Positions 28,614 to 40,746 of a stretch of 64,000 nt of DNA are shown here, piece by piece. Below the pieces are notes generated by a model. That model searched no databases and was not told the origin of the DNA. It saw nothing but the letters and a program-made list of their open reading frames with translations. Both the position numbers and the translations under genes were made by a program. The first letter of the stretch is position 1. Each line of letters starts with the position of its first letter. Source of the DNA: Octopus sinensis (taxonomy: Eukaryota); contig NW_021835983.1 of assembly GCF_006345805.1 (NCBI RefSeq), forward strand, positions 1-64,000, in the 5' to 3' direction.

Positions 28614-28986
28614 AGTAATCTTTTGCTGGCTGTGCCCCAGCCCGGCCACAACTATTGGCCGGAACGCATAAAAGAATACATTTACATCCAACTATGTCTT
28701 TCCCTCTCGTTCTCTTACCGCTAAACATTTTTGTCCGAAGTGCAAACGATTCTGTCAGATCGCTGTCTTAATAGAAATAATTCTTTCTTCTCTTGACACA
28801 AGGACGGAAATGTTTTGGAGGAAAGAGATCTAATCGATTACAACGAACCACTGCACAGCTGGTATTTATTTTATCGATACCGATTGGATGAATGGCAATT
28901 CGGCCTGGGTGGAATTTGAACTGTAAAACCTATTTTATCGACCATTCAGTATCTTACGTGCTTTATATGCGGCTCTAAGTGTAACT

Positions 28987-29059
28987 GGCCACGTGGCCTA
29001 ATGGATAAGGCGTCTGACTTCGAATCAGAAGATTGCGAGTTCGAGTCTCGTCGTGGTCT
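28987..29059 (+). tRNA. tRNA-Arg-TCG: tRNA-Arg(TCG) (copy 2, type B, GGCCACG acceptor)
   Basis: Identical to copy 1 except G5>A, which turns a G-U pair into A-U. T4 at 29067-29070. Confidence 0.96.
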
Positions 29060-30914
29060 ACTAATCTTTTGCTGGCAGCAGAATCAAAGTGGTGGCCGTT
29101 TCTCGGAAATGCTCCAGAGAATTTTGTTGATTGTGTCCTGATCATTTTTGATATTCATCTCAAATGTTTGCGCAAGGCCAGCAATTACAGGGAAGGATAT
29201 AAGTCGATTATATTGACCCCAGTATTCAACTGGTACCTATTTTATCGACTCTGAAAGGATGAAATGCAAATTGGGCCACTGCAGAGGTTGAACTCAGAAC
29301 GTAAGGACGGACGAAATGTTGCTAAGCATATTATTCGGCGTGTTAAGAATTCGGCCAGCTTGCCGTCTCTATTATAAAATTTCAGTGTTGAAGGCCATTG
29401 AGCGAGAGTGATCTCACCATTTTTGATTCTTTATTGGAACAATCGAATCTGTTCTTCAAAGCACATTCTCGCTCCTTTGGGACCACATCTCCAAAGCTAA
29501 ACAGAACCTTATTTCGTTATAGACATGTGAATTTACTTTTCAAATCTGTCTTGCACGTAGAAGGACGAACTCAAATTTTTGCGCAAGGCCAGCAATTACA
29601 GGGAAGGATGTAAATCGATTATATTGACCCCAGTATTCAACTGGTACTTATTTTATCGACTCTGAAAGGAGGAAATGCAAAGTGGGCCACGGCAGAGTTT
29701 GAACTCAGAACGTAAGGACGGACGAAATGTTGCTAAGCATATTATTCGGCGTGTTAAGAATTCGGCCAGCTTGCCGTCTCTATTATAAAATTTCAGTGTT
29801 GAAGGCCATTGAGCGAGAGTGATCTCACCATTTTTGATTCTTTATTGGAATAATCGAATCTGTTCTTCAAAGCACATCCTCGCTCCTTTGGGATCACATC
29901 TCCAAAGCTAAACAGAACCTTATTTCGTTATAGACATGTGAATTTACTTTTCAAATCTGTCTTGCACGTAGAAGGACGAACTCAAATTTTTGCGCAAGGC
30001 CAGCAATTACAGGGAAGGATGTAAATCGATTATATTGACCCCAGTATTCAACTGGTACTTATTTTATCGACTCTGAAAGGAGGAAATGCAAAGTGGGCCA
30101 CGGCAGTTTGAACTCAGAACGTAAGGACGGACGAAATGTTGCTAAGCATATTATTCGGCGTGTTAAGAATTCGGCCAGCTTGCCGTCTCTATTATAAAAT
30201 TTCAGTGTTGAAGGTCATTGAGCGAGAGTGATCTCACCATTTTTTATTCTTTATTGGAATAATCGAATCTGTTCTTCAAAGCACATCCTCGCTCCTTTGG
30301 GACCACATCTCCAAAGCTAAACAGAACCTTATTTCGTTATAGACATGTGAATTTACTTTTCAAATCTGTCTTGCACGTAGAAGGACGAACTCAAATTTTT
30401 GCGCAAGGCCAGCAATTACAGGGAAGGATGTAAATCGATTATATTGACCCCAGTATTCAACTGGTACTTATTTTATCGACTCTGAAAGGAGGAAATGCAA
30501 AGTGGGCCACGGCAGAGTTTGAACTCAGAACGTAAGGACGGACGAAATGTTGCTAAGCATATTATTCGGCGTGTAAAGAATTTTGCCAGCTCGCCGCCTC
30601 TATTATAAAATTTCAGTGTTGAAGGCCATTGAGCGACAAGCGATCTCACCATTTTTGATTCTTTATTGGAACAATCGAATCTGTTCTTCAAAACACATCC
30701 TCGCTCCTTTGGGACCGCATCTCTTGGTGGAGTTGTGAAAAGCTAAACAGAATCTTATTTCGTTATAGACACGTGGATATATTTTTCAAATCTGTCTTGC
30801 ACGTAGAAGAACGAACTCTATGAACAAGTTTGGATTAAATGAATGTAATGTCTAAGTCTATTTTATCGACCATTCAGTATCTTATGTGCTTTATATGCAG
30901 CAATGAGTGTTACT

Positions 30915-30987
30915 GGCCGCGTGGCCTAATGGATAAGGCGTCTGACTTCGAATCAGAAGATTGCGAGTTCGAGTCTCGTCGTGGTCT
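30915..30987 (+). tRNA. tRNA-Arg-TCG: tRNA-Arg(TCG) (copy 3, type A)
   Basis: Identical to copy 1; T4 downstream. Confidence 0.96.
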
Positions 30988-31360
30988 AGTAATCTTTTGC
31001 TGGCGGTGCCCCAGCACGGCCACAGTTATTGGCCGGAACGCATAAAAGAATATATTTACATCCACCTATGTCTTTCCCCCTTGTTCTCTTACCGCTAAAC
31101 ATTTTTGTCCGAAGTGCAAACGATTCTGTCAGATCGCTGTCTTAATAGAAATAATTCTTTCTTCTCTTGACACAAGGACGGAAATGTTTTTGGGGAAAGA
31201 GATCGAATCGATTGCAACGAACCCACTGCACAGCTGGTATTTATTTTATCGATACCGATTGGATGAATGGCAATTCGGATGGGTGGAATTTGAACTGTAA
31301 CACCTATTTTATCGACCATTCAGTATCTTATGTGCTTTATATGCAGCTTCCAGTGTAACT

Positions 31361-31433
31361 GGCCACGTGGCCTAATGGATAAGGCGTCTGACTTCGAATC
31401 AGAAGATTGCGAGTTCGAGTCTCGTCGTGGTCT
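31361..31433 (+). tRNA. tRNA-Arg-TCG: tRNA-Arg(TCG) (copy 4, type B)
   Basis: Identical to copy 2; T4 downstream. Confidence 0.96.
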
Positions 31434-32023
31434 AATAATCTTTTGCTGGCGGCAGAATCAAAAGAGGTGGCCGTTTCTCGGAAATGCTTCAGAGAATTTT
31501 GTTGATTGTGTCCTGATCTTTTTTGATATTCATCTCAAATTTTTGCACAAGGCTTGCAATTACAGGGAAGGATGTAAGTCGATTATATTGACCTCCAGTA
31601 TTCAACTGGTACTTATTTTATCGACTCTGAAAGGATTAAAAGCAAAGTGGGCCACGGCAGAGTTTGAACTCAGAACGTAAGGATGGACGAAATGTTGCTA
31701 AGCATATTATTCGGCGTGTTAAGAATTGAAGGCCATTGGGCGAGAAGCGATCTCACCATTTTTTATTCTTTATTGGAACAATCGAATCTGTTCTTCAAAG
31801 CACGTCCTCGCTCTTTTGGGACCACATCTCCATTGATGGAGTTGTGAAAAGCTAAACAGAATCTTATTTCGTTATAGACATGTGGATATATTTTTCAAAT
31901 CTCTCTTGCTCGTAGGAGGACGAACTCTATGAACAAGTTTGGATTAAATGAATATAATGTTTAAATCTATTTTATCGACCATTCAGTATCTTATGCGCTT
32001 TATATGCAGCTGTAGATGTTACC

Positions 32024-32096
32024 GGCCGCGTGGCCTAATGGATAAGGCGTCTGACTTCGAATCAGAAGTTTGCGAGTTCGAATCACGTCGTGGTCT
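32024..32096 (+). tRNA. tRNA-Arg-TCG: tRNA-Arg(TCG) (copy 5, type A, T-stem mismatch)
   Basis: The variable loop reads AAGTTT and the T-arm GCGAG-TTCGAAT-CACGT has one A-A mismatch; otherwise intact. Confidence 0.75.
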
Positions 32097-32474
32097 ACTA
32101 ATCTTTTGCTGGCGGTGCCCCAGCCCGGCCACAGCTATTGGCCGGAACGCATAAAAGAATATATTTACATCCAACTATGTCTTTCCCTCTAGTTCTCTTA
32201 CCGCTAAACATTTTTGTCCGAAGTGCAAACGATTCTGTCAGATCGCTGTCTTAATAGAAATAATTCTTTCTTCTCTTGACACAAGGGCGGAAATGTTTTG
32301 GGGGAAAGAGATCGAATCGATTGCAACGAACCCATTGCACAGCTGGTATTTATTTTATCGATGCCAACGATTGGATGAATGGCAAATTCGTCCTGGGTGG
32401 AATTTGAACTGTAAAACCTATTTTATCGACCTTTCAGTATCTTATGTGCTTTATATGCAGCTTTAAATGTAACT

Positions 32475-32547
32475 GACCACGTGGCTTAATAGATAAGGCG
32501 TCTGACTTCGAATCAGAAGATTGCGAGTTCGAGTCTCGTCGTGTTCT
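32475..32547 (+). pseudogene. tRNA-Arg-TCG: tRNA-Arg(TCG) copy 6, probable pseudogene
   Basis: GACCACGTGGCTTAATAGATAAGG...CGTGTTCT: the invariant D-loop GG is changed to AG (A-box hit), there is a C3-T70 acceptor mismatch, and a D-stem C>T. Confidence 0.75.
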
Positions 32548-33171
32548 ACTAAACTTTTGCTGGTGGCAGAATCAAAAGAGGTGGCCGTTTCTCGGAAATG
32601 CTTCAGAGAATTTTGTTGATTTTTTCTGATCATTTTTGATATTCATCTCAAATTTTGGCACAAGGCCAGCAATTACAGGGAAGGATGTAAGTCGATTATA
32701 TTGACCCCAGTATTTAACTGGTACTTATTTTATCGACTCTGAAAGGAGGAAATGCGAAGTAGGCCACGACAGAGTTTGAACTCAGAACGTAAGGACGGAC
32801 GAAATGTTGCTAAGCATATTATTCGGAGTGTTAAGAATTCTTCCAGCTCGCCGCCTCTATTATAAAATTTCAGTGGTGAAGGCTATTGAGCGAGAAGCGA
32901 TCTCACCATCTTTGATTATTTATTGGAACAATCGAATTTGTTCTTCAAAGCACGTCTTCGCTCCTTTGGGACCAAATCTTTTGATGGAGTTGTGAAAAGC
33001 TAAACAGAATCTTATTTCGTTAGAGACACGTGGATATATTTTTCAAATCTGTCTTGCTCGTAGAAGGACGAACTCTATGAACAAGTTTGGATTAAATGAA
33101 TATAATGTTTAAGTCTATTTTATCGACCATTCAGTATCTTATGTGCTTTATATGCAGCTTTGCGTGTAACT

Positions 33172-33244
33172 GGCCACGTGGCCTAATGGATAAGGCGTCT
33201 GACTTCGAATCAGAAGATTGCGAGTTCGAATCTCGTCGTGGTCT
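33172..33244 (+). tRNA. tRNA-Arg-TCG: tRNA-Arg(TCG) (copy 7, type B)
   Basis: Intact cloverleaf with T-loop TTCGAAT; T4 downstream. Confidence 0.95.
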
Positions 33245-34823
33245 AGTAATCTTTTGCTGGCGGCAGAATAAAAAAGGTGGCTGTTTATCGGAAATGCTTC
33301 AGAGAATTTTGTTGGTTGTGTCCTGATCATTTTTGATATTCATCTCAAATTTTTGCACAAAGCTGGCAATTACAGGAAATGATGTAAGTCGATTATATTA
33401 ACCCCCAGCATTCAACTGGTACTGTTTTGGGAACCAGTATCCAACAATCCGACGAAGTAACGAAGTAGTTTTACGTTCTCATTCCACCTATTACATATAT
33501 TAGCCAAATCCCCTCAAAACCTCCACTGTACCGCCATGTAAGTAAATGACATAATACATGTTGTAATAGCCAAAAATCTCTAAATATTTAGTGATAGTCA
33601 TGGATGGAAGTCTTCGATTATAGTTCTGTCCGAGTGAGCTTGACCTGAAGCAAAATATTTACAACAAAAAAAAACAAAGATCGCTTGGGGACAATTGAAC
33701 AATTATTGTCGAAAAGTCATTACTGCGTCCGTAAACTAAAAGTCCATTGGGACATGCAAACTCCTGATTAAGGGTCGGAAGAGCTTTTTGCATAATGGTG
33801 ATTTATGAAAAGGACAACAACAACAACAACAGCAACGAGAGATATTCTACCTTCAGTTCTTGCAGTGAAAACGTTTAGACTTCTTTTTTTTTGCTTTGGA
33901 CTCAATGGCGATGTTAATAGTTTGGAACGCCATTTTACAAATTCATGTTTAAGAGGAAGGGGTTTAGCCGAACTCTCTAGTGTCATAAAACAACGTTTTT
34001 TATGGCTTTGTAGAATATTGTTGGAAAATGAAGCTGAAACCTTACAATCATTAGGTTTGTCTTGTGTGTTAGGCCGTATTTACTGTTAGTTTAACTCTTT
34101 AATTATCAATTAGATCTAATTACTCATTAGTTATCGTCATTTTAGATCTCCGCAAACTGTTGCGATGAATATCATTGATGTTCAGTTTTAACTTCCGGTA
34201 GCTAATGTCTGGAGGGATTATGGGAAAATGGCAGCAGCAGCAGCAGCAGCAACAACATAGAAGTGATGAATTTAAAAGCAAGAACTTTGAGACGAATAAA
34301 TCGAATTATGAAATACGTAAGGCACCAGTTCAATGTGTGAAGGCGACAGTGAAGTAGACAAGATGTCTAACGTTGTGAATCTTATACTATTTACGAAAAT
34401 ATTCCGCGGTCAATGTATATAACAGAATTTATATATTCATTAGAGCCGAAGGGTATCGGCCATTTGCAATTCCGTATCTTTGTTCTTTGTATGTTCTTAA
34501 AAGTAACTGTTCATCGAGTATTTCATCTTCTTGTCTATACAGGTAAGGCAGAAAAATCTCCCATATTTAACGCTGTATTAGTGTTGCGCTACTAATGTTA
34601 GACGGGATGGGGTGGAGTGGGGGGAATAGTGCCTTTATGAAGCTAAGTTTTATTGTTTTTTTCCTGTTGTTATTATTATGGTTTAAATTGGTAAATAATG
34701 TTCATTTGTTGTTGGAACTTTTGTATTGGGGGTTCGAAACCGAACTGCTTGTTCACCGGTCAGACATCACGACTGAACCACGATATTTCACATACTCGAT
34801 CTATTAAGCAACCGGTCAGCAGG

Positions 34824-34848
34824 CTTCTAGAATCTTCTAGAATCTTCT
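34824..34848. promoter_or_regulatory. Perfect five-unit heat-shock-element-like sequence
   Basis: cTTCt-aGAAt-cTTCt-aGAAt-cTTCt forms alternating nGAAn pentamers. Function is untested, and similar TTCTAGAA repeats occur in LTRs. Confidence 0.35.
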
Positions 34849-35956
34849 TGTAAACTATGAAGGGCCGCTTTTGGCGGTAATTAAACTGCAGAATGTAGAG
34901 GCAGCAGAGGGACATGTGTCTCCTTTCTTACAACACCAGACGTCCCGCGCAAGCGGCTCAAACAGCTGACCGAGAACCACTGTCACCACGAATATAGCAC
35001 AAATGTTGCGAGTAACGTTGCGCAAGTCGCATGTTGCCATATCGATAGCTTACCGTAAACTCCGAGTAGTATGTTTCTCACGGTGTGTAGTTATTACTGT
35101 TGTGACCTCCAAAGGGCCAACACAGTTTCACTTAAAGCCCGATAATAAAGTGTTCTGTTAAATGTTCGCAGATATTGTTTAGTTACTTCTACACACAGCC
35201 CAAGAAACATTTTCATTTATCAACTCAACCAGTCACCATCAAGGACCAACCAACAAACACCCAAGCAACATGTTTATCAAGAATGTAGCACCTGGGGCAT
35301 TTTGCTGCACCCTGTACATCTAAATGTTCTAAACGTGTATAGTCTGTTCTTATTGCCAAACACCATGTAGCGTTCTTAGAATTTTAAAACTAATATTCTC
35401 CGTGATATAAGAAAGAACAATATTCTACGAGTTACATTTAAACATCCATTCGCTAAGAACTACATTCTTTGTAAAACTTGTTTCAAATTCTTCATTATAT
35501 CGAGCGAACAATATATGTTTATATTTCCTTATGTATCTTGTCCAAAACTCTTGTGTTCTTTATTGTGCAGTTTATCGATCACAAACCAGCCTCGAGTACT
35601 TATTTTTTCTTGTCTCCGATTTTTGTGTGCATTAGTCTATACATTCGCCACCAAAATATGATGCAAGTACAGCCAGTAGGAACAATATTGTCACAGGCGC
35701 CTAAATTGCAATGATTTTCAATCGGCTGCTGATGAGGGGGATAAGATTCCATTGTCTGTCTGCGTTTGTTATGTATTCGGTTCTCCGGGAAATTTCTTTA
35801 TTATCGTTCTGTGCCAATTTTCTATACCTCCCTATATGCATATGTATTTGCGTATACATACATGTATGCATATATATATATATATGTGTGTGTGTGTGTA
35901 TGCGTGTGAAAAAATATGTATGTACATATATACACACACATGTCTATGTATATGTA

Positions 35957-35999
<43 letters not shown>

Positions 36000-37867
36000 A
36001 TGTATATATACGTATAGATAAATGTGAAAAAATATATATGTATGTACGTATACACACAAACACACACATATGTATATATGTGTGTGTATGTGTATATATA
36101 TTGTATGTGTATAAATACGTGTTTGTACATATATATATATATTTGTATGTATGGTTGAGTATTGTGTGTGCGATGTGTGTGTGTTTGTGGTGTGTGTGTG
36201 TGGCAGTTATCTTTTTTTCATCTTTCCTGTTTCTCTATAAGAAAATACATTTTGATTGAAAAGCTAATCACGAAGACAACCAATTCTTATAAAGCGTCAC
36301 GTTTGGTGTGAGAAGAATTCTTCTTTCCTCTGTTTTGCAACTGTGACATCTATTACCATCCTGTTTTTTTCTTTGTTTTTTTTTTCTATATTATTCCACC
36401 ATTCTTCCCGTCTATGCTTGTCTGTCTGTATGTCGGTTTTGATGTCCCTTTGTATCCCCTGAAATCTTTCATACACAAAATCAATGTTCAACATAATCGA
36501 ACGTGACAAATTATAAAACATCATTTCTAAATTAATTAGTTTTACGAACAAAATGGCGCAGTGACGTTCAGCCGAGAAACCGTTTGATTCTTTTTTAGAT
36601 GGCGCTGTTGTTGATGCCATTGTTGCTATCGTTATGGTTGTCGTCGTTGTTATTATTGTTGTTGCTGTTGTTTATTGGGTGGTGGACTGGCAGATTATGG
36701 ACTGGGGTTCAGCTTATGGACTTACATTTTACTCTTCACAATTTCTGTCTTTGTGCTAAAGTTACATGCATTATAGTATTCCTTTCTACTATTGGCACAA
36801 GGCCTGAAATTTGGAAGGAGGGTACTAGTCGATTACATCGACCCCAGTGCGTAACTGGTACTTATTTTAGTGACCCCGAAAAGATGAAAGGTAAAGTCGA
36901 CCACGGCGGAATTTGAACTCAGACCGTAGCTACAGGCGAAATACCTATTTCTATTTCTTTACTACCCACAAGGGGCTAAACACAGAGAGGACAAACAAGG
37001 ACAGACAAACGGATTAAGTCGTTTATATCGACCCCAGTGCGTAACTGGTACTTAATTTATCGACCCCGAAAGGATGAAAGGCAAAGTCGACCTCGGCGGA
37101 ATTTGAACTCAGAACGTAGCGGTAGACGAAATACCGCTGAGAATTTCGCCCGGCGTGCTAACGATTCTGCCACCTCGCCGCCATACATGCATTATTATAT
37201 TATAAAGGTATAGTTGGTGAGGGTGGCGACGATGACTGTGGAGAGAGACGTAGGGCACAGACTATTTATCTTACAGCATTTCGTATCGTCCTTTGTGTTC
37301 TAGGTTCTAATCCTACCGAGATTGACATAACATATAACGATCCTGGAGGTATGATTGCCAAAGTTGACCGCGGGTGGATTTGAACTCAGAACGTAAAGCG
37401 TTGGAGCAAATAGCGCAAAGTATTTTATCGGACGTTCTAACGATTCTGCCAGCTCGCCGCTGCGGTCCCTGATTTAGGCCAGAAATTTCGAGAACAAGGG
37501 TTAGTCGATTTGATTGGTACTTTATTTTATCGACGCTAGAGGGATGAATGGTAAAGTTGATCCCGGCAGGATTTGAACTCATAGTGTAAAGTATCGGAAG
37601 AAATGACGTAAAAGATTTTTTTCTGACGCTTCAATGATTCTTCCAGCGTCATCTCTAACAAGAACCAACAACAATAAAAACAACAACAACAAAAAGTACA
37701 AGAACAACAGCGAAAACTTCGAGAAGAGAATGTACAAAAAAAAAAGAGTTAAAGAAAACCATTTCAGAGTAAATTTGCGAACGTTAACGAGAACAATCAG
37801 GAAAAGTTGTTTCTTTGTCAGAAGTTTCAAGAGGAATTTTAAATCACGAACGAAAAAAAAAAGACAA

Positions 37868-37873
37868 CATTTG

Positions 37874-37904
<31 letters not shown>

Positions 37905-37908
37905 AATA

Positions 37909-37943
<35 letters not shown>

Positions 37944-38012
37944 ATAATATAATAATAATAATAATAATAATGATAAGATAATAATAATAAATAATATAAT
38001 AATAATAATAAT

Positions 38013-38044
<32 letters not shown>

Positions 38045-38078
38045 GAATAATAATAATAATGATAATAATAATAATAAT

Positions 38079-38110
<32 letters not shown>

Positions 38111-38201
38111 AATAATAATGATAATAATAATAATGATATAATAATAATAATATAATATAATAATATATAATAATAATAATAATGATGATAATGATAATAT
38201 A

Positions 38202-38261
<60 letters not shown>

Positions 38262-38379
38262 TAATAATAATAATAATGATGATAATGATAATAAATAATA
38301 ATAATGATAATAATAATAATGTTAATAATAATATAATAATAATAATATAATAATAATAATAATAATAATGATGATAATG

Positions 38380-38418
<39 letters not shown>

Positions 38419-38439
38419 TTAATAATAATAATAATAATA

Positions 38440-38499
<60 letters not shown>

Positions 38500-38512
38500 A
38501 AGAAGAAGAAGA
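37868..38512. repeat. Degenerate (AAT)n then (AAG)n microsatellite
   Basis: Directly visible. Similar (AAT/ATT)n fields lie at 41838-42255 and 55172-55600. Confidence 0.95.
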
Positions 38513-39607
38513 AAAGGAAGATGTCAGTTTTGAAGAGAAGAATTCGAGATTTTTCAAGAATCTCATTTCGAAGTCACATGCTCAAATCGAAATTTTTTTT
38601 TTTGTTATTTTTTGTTAGATTTATCTTTGCATATAAAAAATAGTATATTTTTGTTTAAATATTATTTTTATGGCTGAATGTCTCTTCTTACAACTCGCAG
38701 AAGAGATCATGGTAAAAGAAAAGAAAGATATTGAAATATTCTTCAGGTATCTCAGTTGTAAGTACGGTTCAAAGTTTTTTTTTTATTTTCAGATAATGGT
38801 TCCATTCCTCTGAGCCGTGTACTTTATGTATGGAGGCGGAATGGCACCGAGAGAAATGCATCTTGTTATCGCTGCTATTGTTGCCTACCGCTTCCCACCC
38901 ACCATGCCACACCTTCACTTCAGTCTTGACCCATGACCCTATCGTCAGTTGCAGGGCGGTGTCTAAGTGCGTGAAGGTCGGTGGATTCGTGGTTAGGATT
39001 TTCGGCCCTCGACCATAGTAAAGGATAAAGCTTCTTTACAAGTCATATAAACTCATAGGGCCGTTTTTGCCGGTTTCTGAGGCCCATATATTCCTCACCT
39101 GGATGCGACGCCGGTCCGTCTCAAGGGTTACTCCTTTTTGCCAGCTGAATGGACTGAAGCAACGTGGTATGAGGTGTTTTGTTCAAGGACACAAGGCGTT
39201 GCCCGGTCTAGGAATCGAAACCATGATCTTACGATCACGAATCCAAAATCCTCCAACACAAATCATAACGTTGTGGGTTCAATATCTGGGTCGGGCAACT
39301 CGTTGTCTCCTTCAACACGGTCCTTTATTTCATGCTGTTCCAGTTTCCTCACCTGTAATTGAATATCAACCGTAAACTGGCGTAGTTTTCTCTCTTTCGT
39401 TGGCACTTCTTCAGTCTTTCGATGAGTCAGTACTTGTCTGGTACTTTGTTGACCTCGGATGTATGACAGGTTAAGTTGACCTCAGCCTTATTTGAACTCA
39501 GAACGTAAAAAGTCGGAACAAATAACGTAAATGCATTTTCCACACACACAGGATTCGACTAAACCATTCTCTCTTATAAATAAAATGATCTGAAAGGCTC
39601 TACTTAC

Positions 39608-39751
39608 CGTCAATATCGATCTCCTGCACCATCTGTCGTATTTCATCGACTGAAGGGTATTGTCCCAAATCTCGAAGAACCTTTCGTAATTCATCCGTTG
39701 AAATGGAACCGTCGCCATCTTTATCGAAGAGTCGGAATGATTCCTTAAGTT
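39608..39751 (-). CDS. Calmodulin-like EF-hand protein, exon: (E)LKESFRLFDKDGDGSISTDELRKVLRDLGQYPSVDEIRQMVQEIDID(G), EF-hand 1 and start of EF-hand 2
   Basis: 144-nt exon with acceptor ttttttctacaaacag|AA and donor GACG|gtaagt; phase 1/1; canonical loop DKDGDGSISTDE. It splices in frame to 14191 across a 25,416-bp intron. It is not in the ORF track because it has no ATG-led ORF in this frame. Confidence 0.93.
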
Positions 39752-39828
39752 CTGTTTGTAGAAAAAAGAACAGACATCATAAGCAATTAATTATACATAC
39801 GTGTGTTGTGTGTGTGTGTGTGTGTGTT

Positions 39829-39880
<52 letters not shown>

Positions 39881-40644
39881 TGAGTGTGTGTGTGTGTGTG
39901 TTGTGTGTGTGTGTGTGTGTGTGTGTTAGAATGCAGTTGCTAGTGAGTATGTGCTATTGACGAAGCCTAAGAAGGCGGAAATGCACGTCTAACATTCTCA
40001 CCATCGTTGCTGGACGATATTCGTTTGCTACAAATATGTTTGTGTTATTGACGCAGTGCGTCCATAAGAGATACTGTCTCATGACGAATACGACGGTAAT
40101 TTGACTTTTCAGGATCTATCGTAAGTTAATTTCTATAGTGCAAAGTTAAGTATGTTTTATAAGGTTCACTGTAGAGCATGGTCATAGAGTTAAGTTGTGT
40201 ATTCCTTCGTAAATCAGAAAGCTTACACACACACACATACACGCACACAGAGTTCAAATTACAGAAAACAAAAGAGGTGAGGGAATAACAAGCAGGTGTA
40301 TTAGTTTAACGCTTGGGGAGAATGGAAAAGTATTTGACGTTTCAAGTCTACGCTCTTCAACAAAAAGGAGTAAGAGAAAAAATAAAAAAACGGAGAGAGA
40401 AAATGCGTAGGCATTAACGGTTCAACATTATACATATATATTTTTCAACAAAATCAATAACAATATTTAACAAAAGCATCTTTAAATGACGGTGTGACCA
40501 TCTGCCAAGCAAATGGGAAGCAGTAATTGAAGTAGATGGTGAATATGCTCCGGTATAATCATTTAAAGATATTTTTATTACATGTTGCTATTGTTTTTGT
40601 TGAATAAAATTTGTTGAAAGAGGCCGCAATAATTATGCACCAAC

Positions 40645-40680
<36 letters not shown>

Positions 40681-40682
<2 letters not shown>

Positions 40683-40746
40683 TCTATACAATATGTTACA
40701 TTACTCGGTAGTCGACTACCGAGTAATGTAACATATTGTATAGATA
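40681..40746. repeat. Perfect 66-bp palindrome
   Basis: TATCTATACAATATGTTACATTACTCGGTAGTC|GACTACCGAGTAATGTAACATATTGTATAGATA has 33-bp arms and no loop. Confidence 0.95.

Larger units (their letters stand above)
27790..33425 (+). repeat. Higher-order tandem array carrying seven tRNA-Arg(TCG) genes
   Basis: tRNA starts are at 28541, 28987, 30915, 31361, 32024, 32475 and 33172, giving spacings of 446, 1928, 446, 663, 451 and 697. The 1928 gap equals a 697-bp spacer plus three tRNA-less ~410-bp units. Confidence 0.95.

Noticed and set aside
27821-33326. Repeated short ORFs (MNVMFKSILSTIQYLMCF..., MKNRFDCSNKES...)
   Set aside because: They are by-products of reading through the tRNA genes and spacers of the tandem array.
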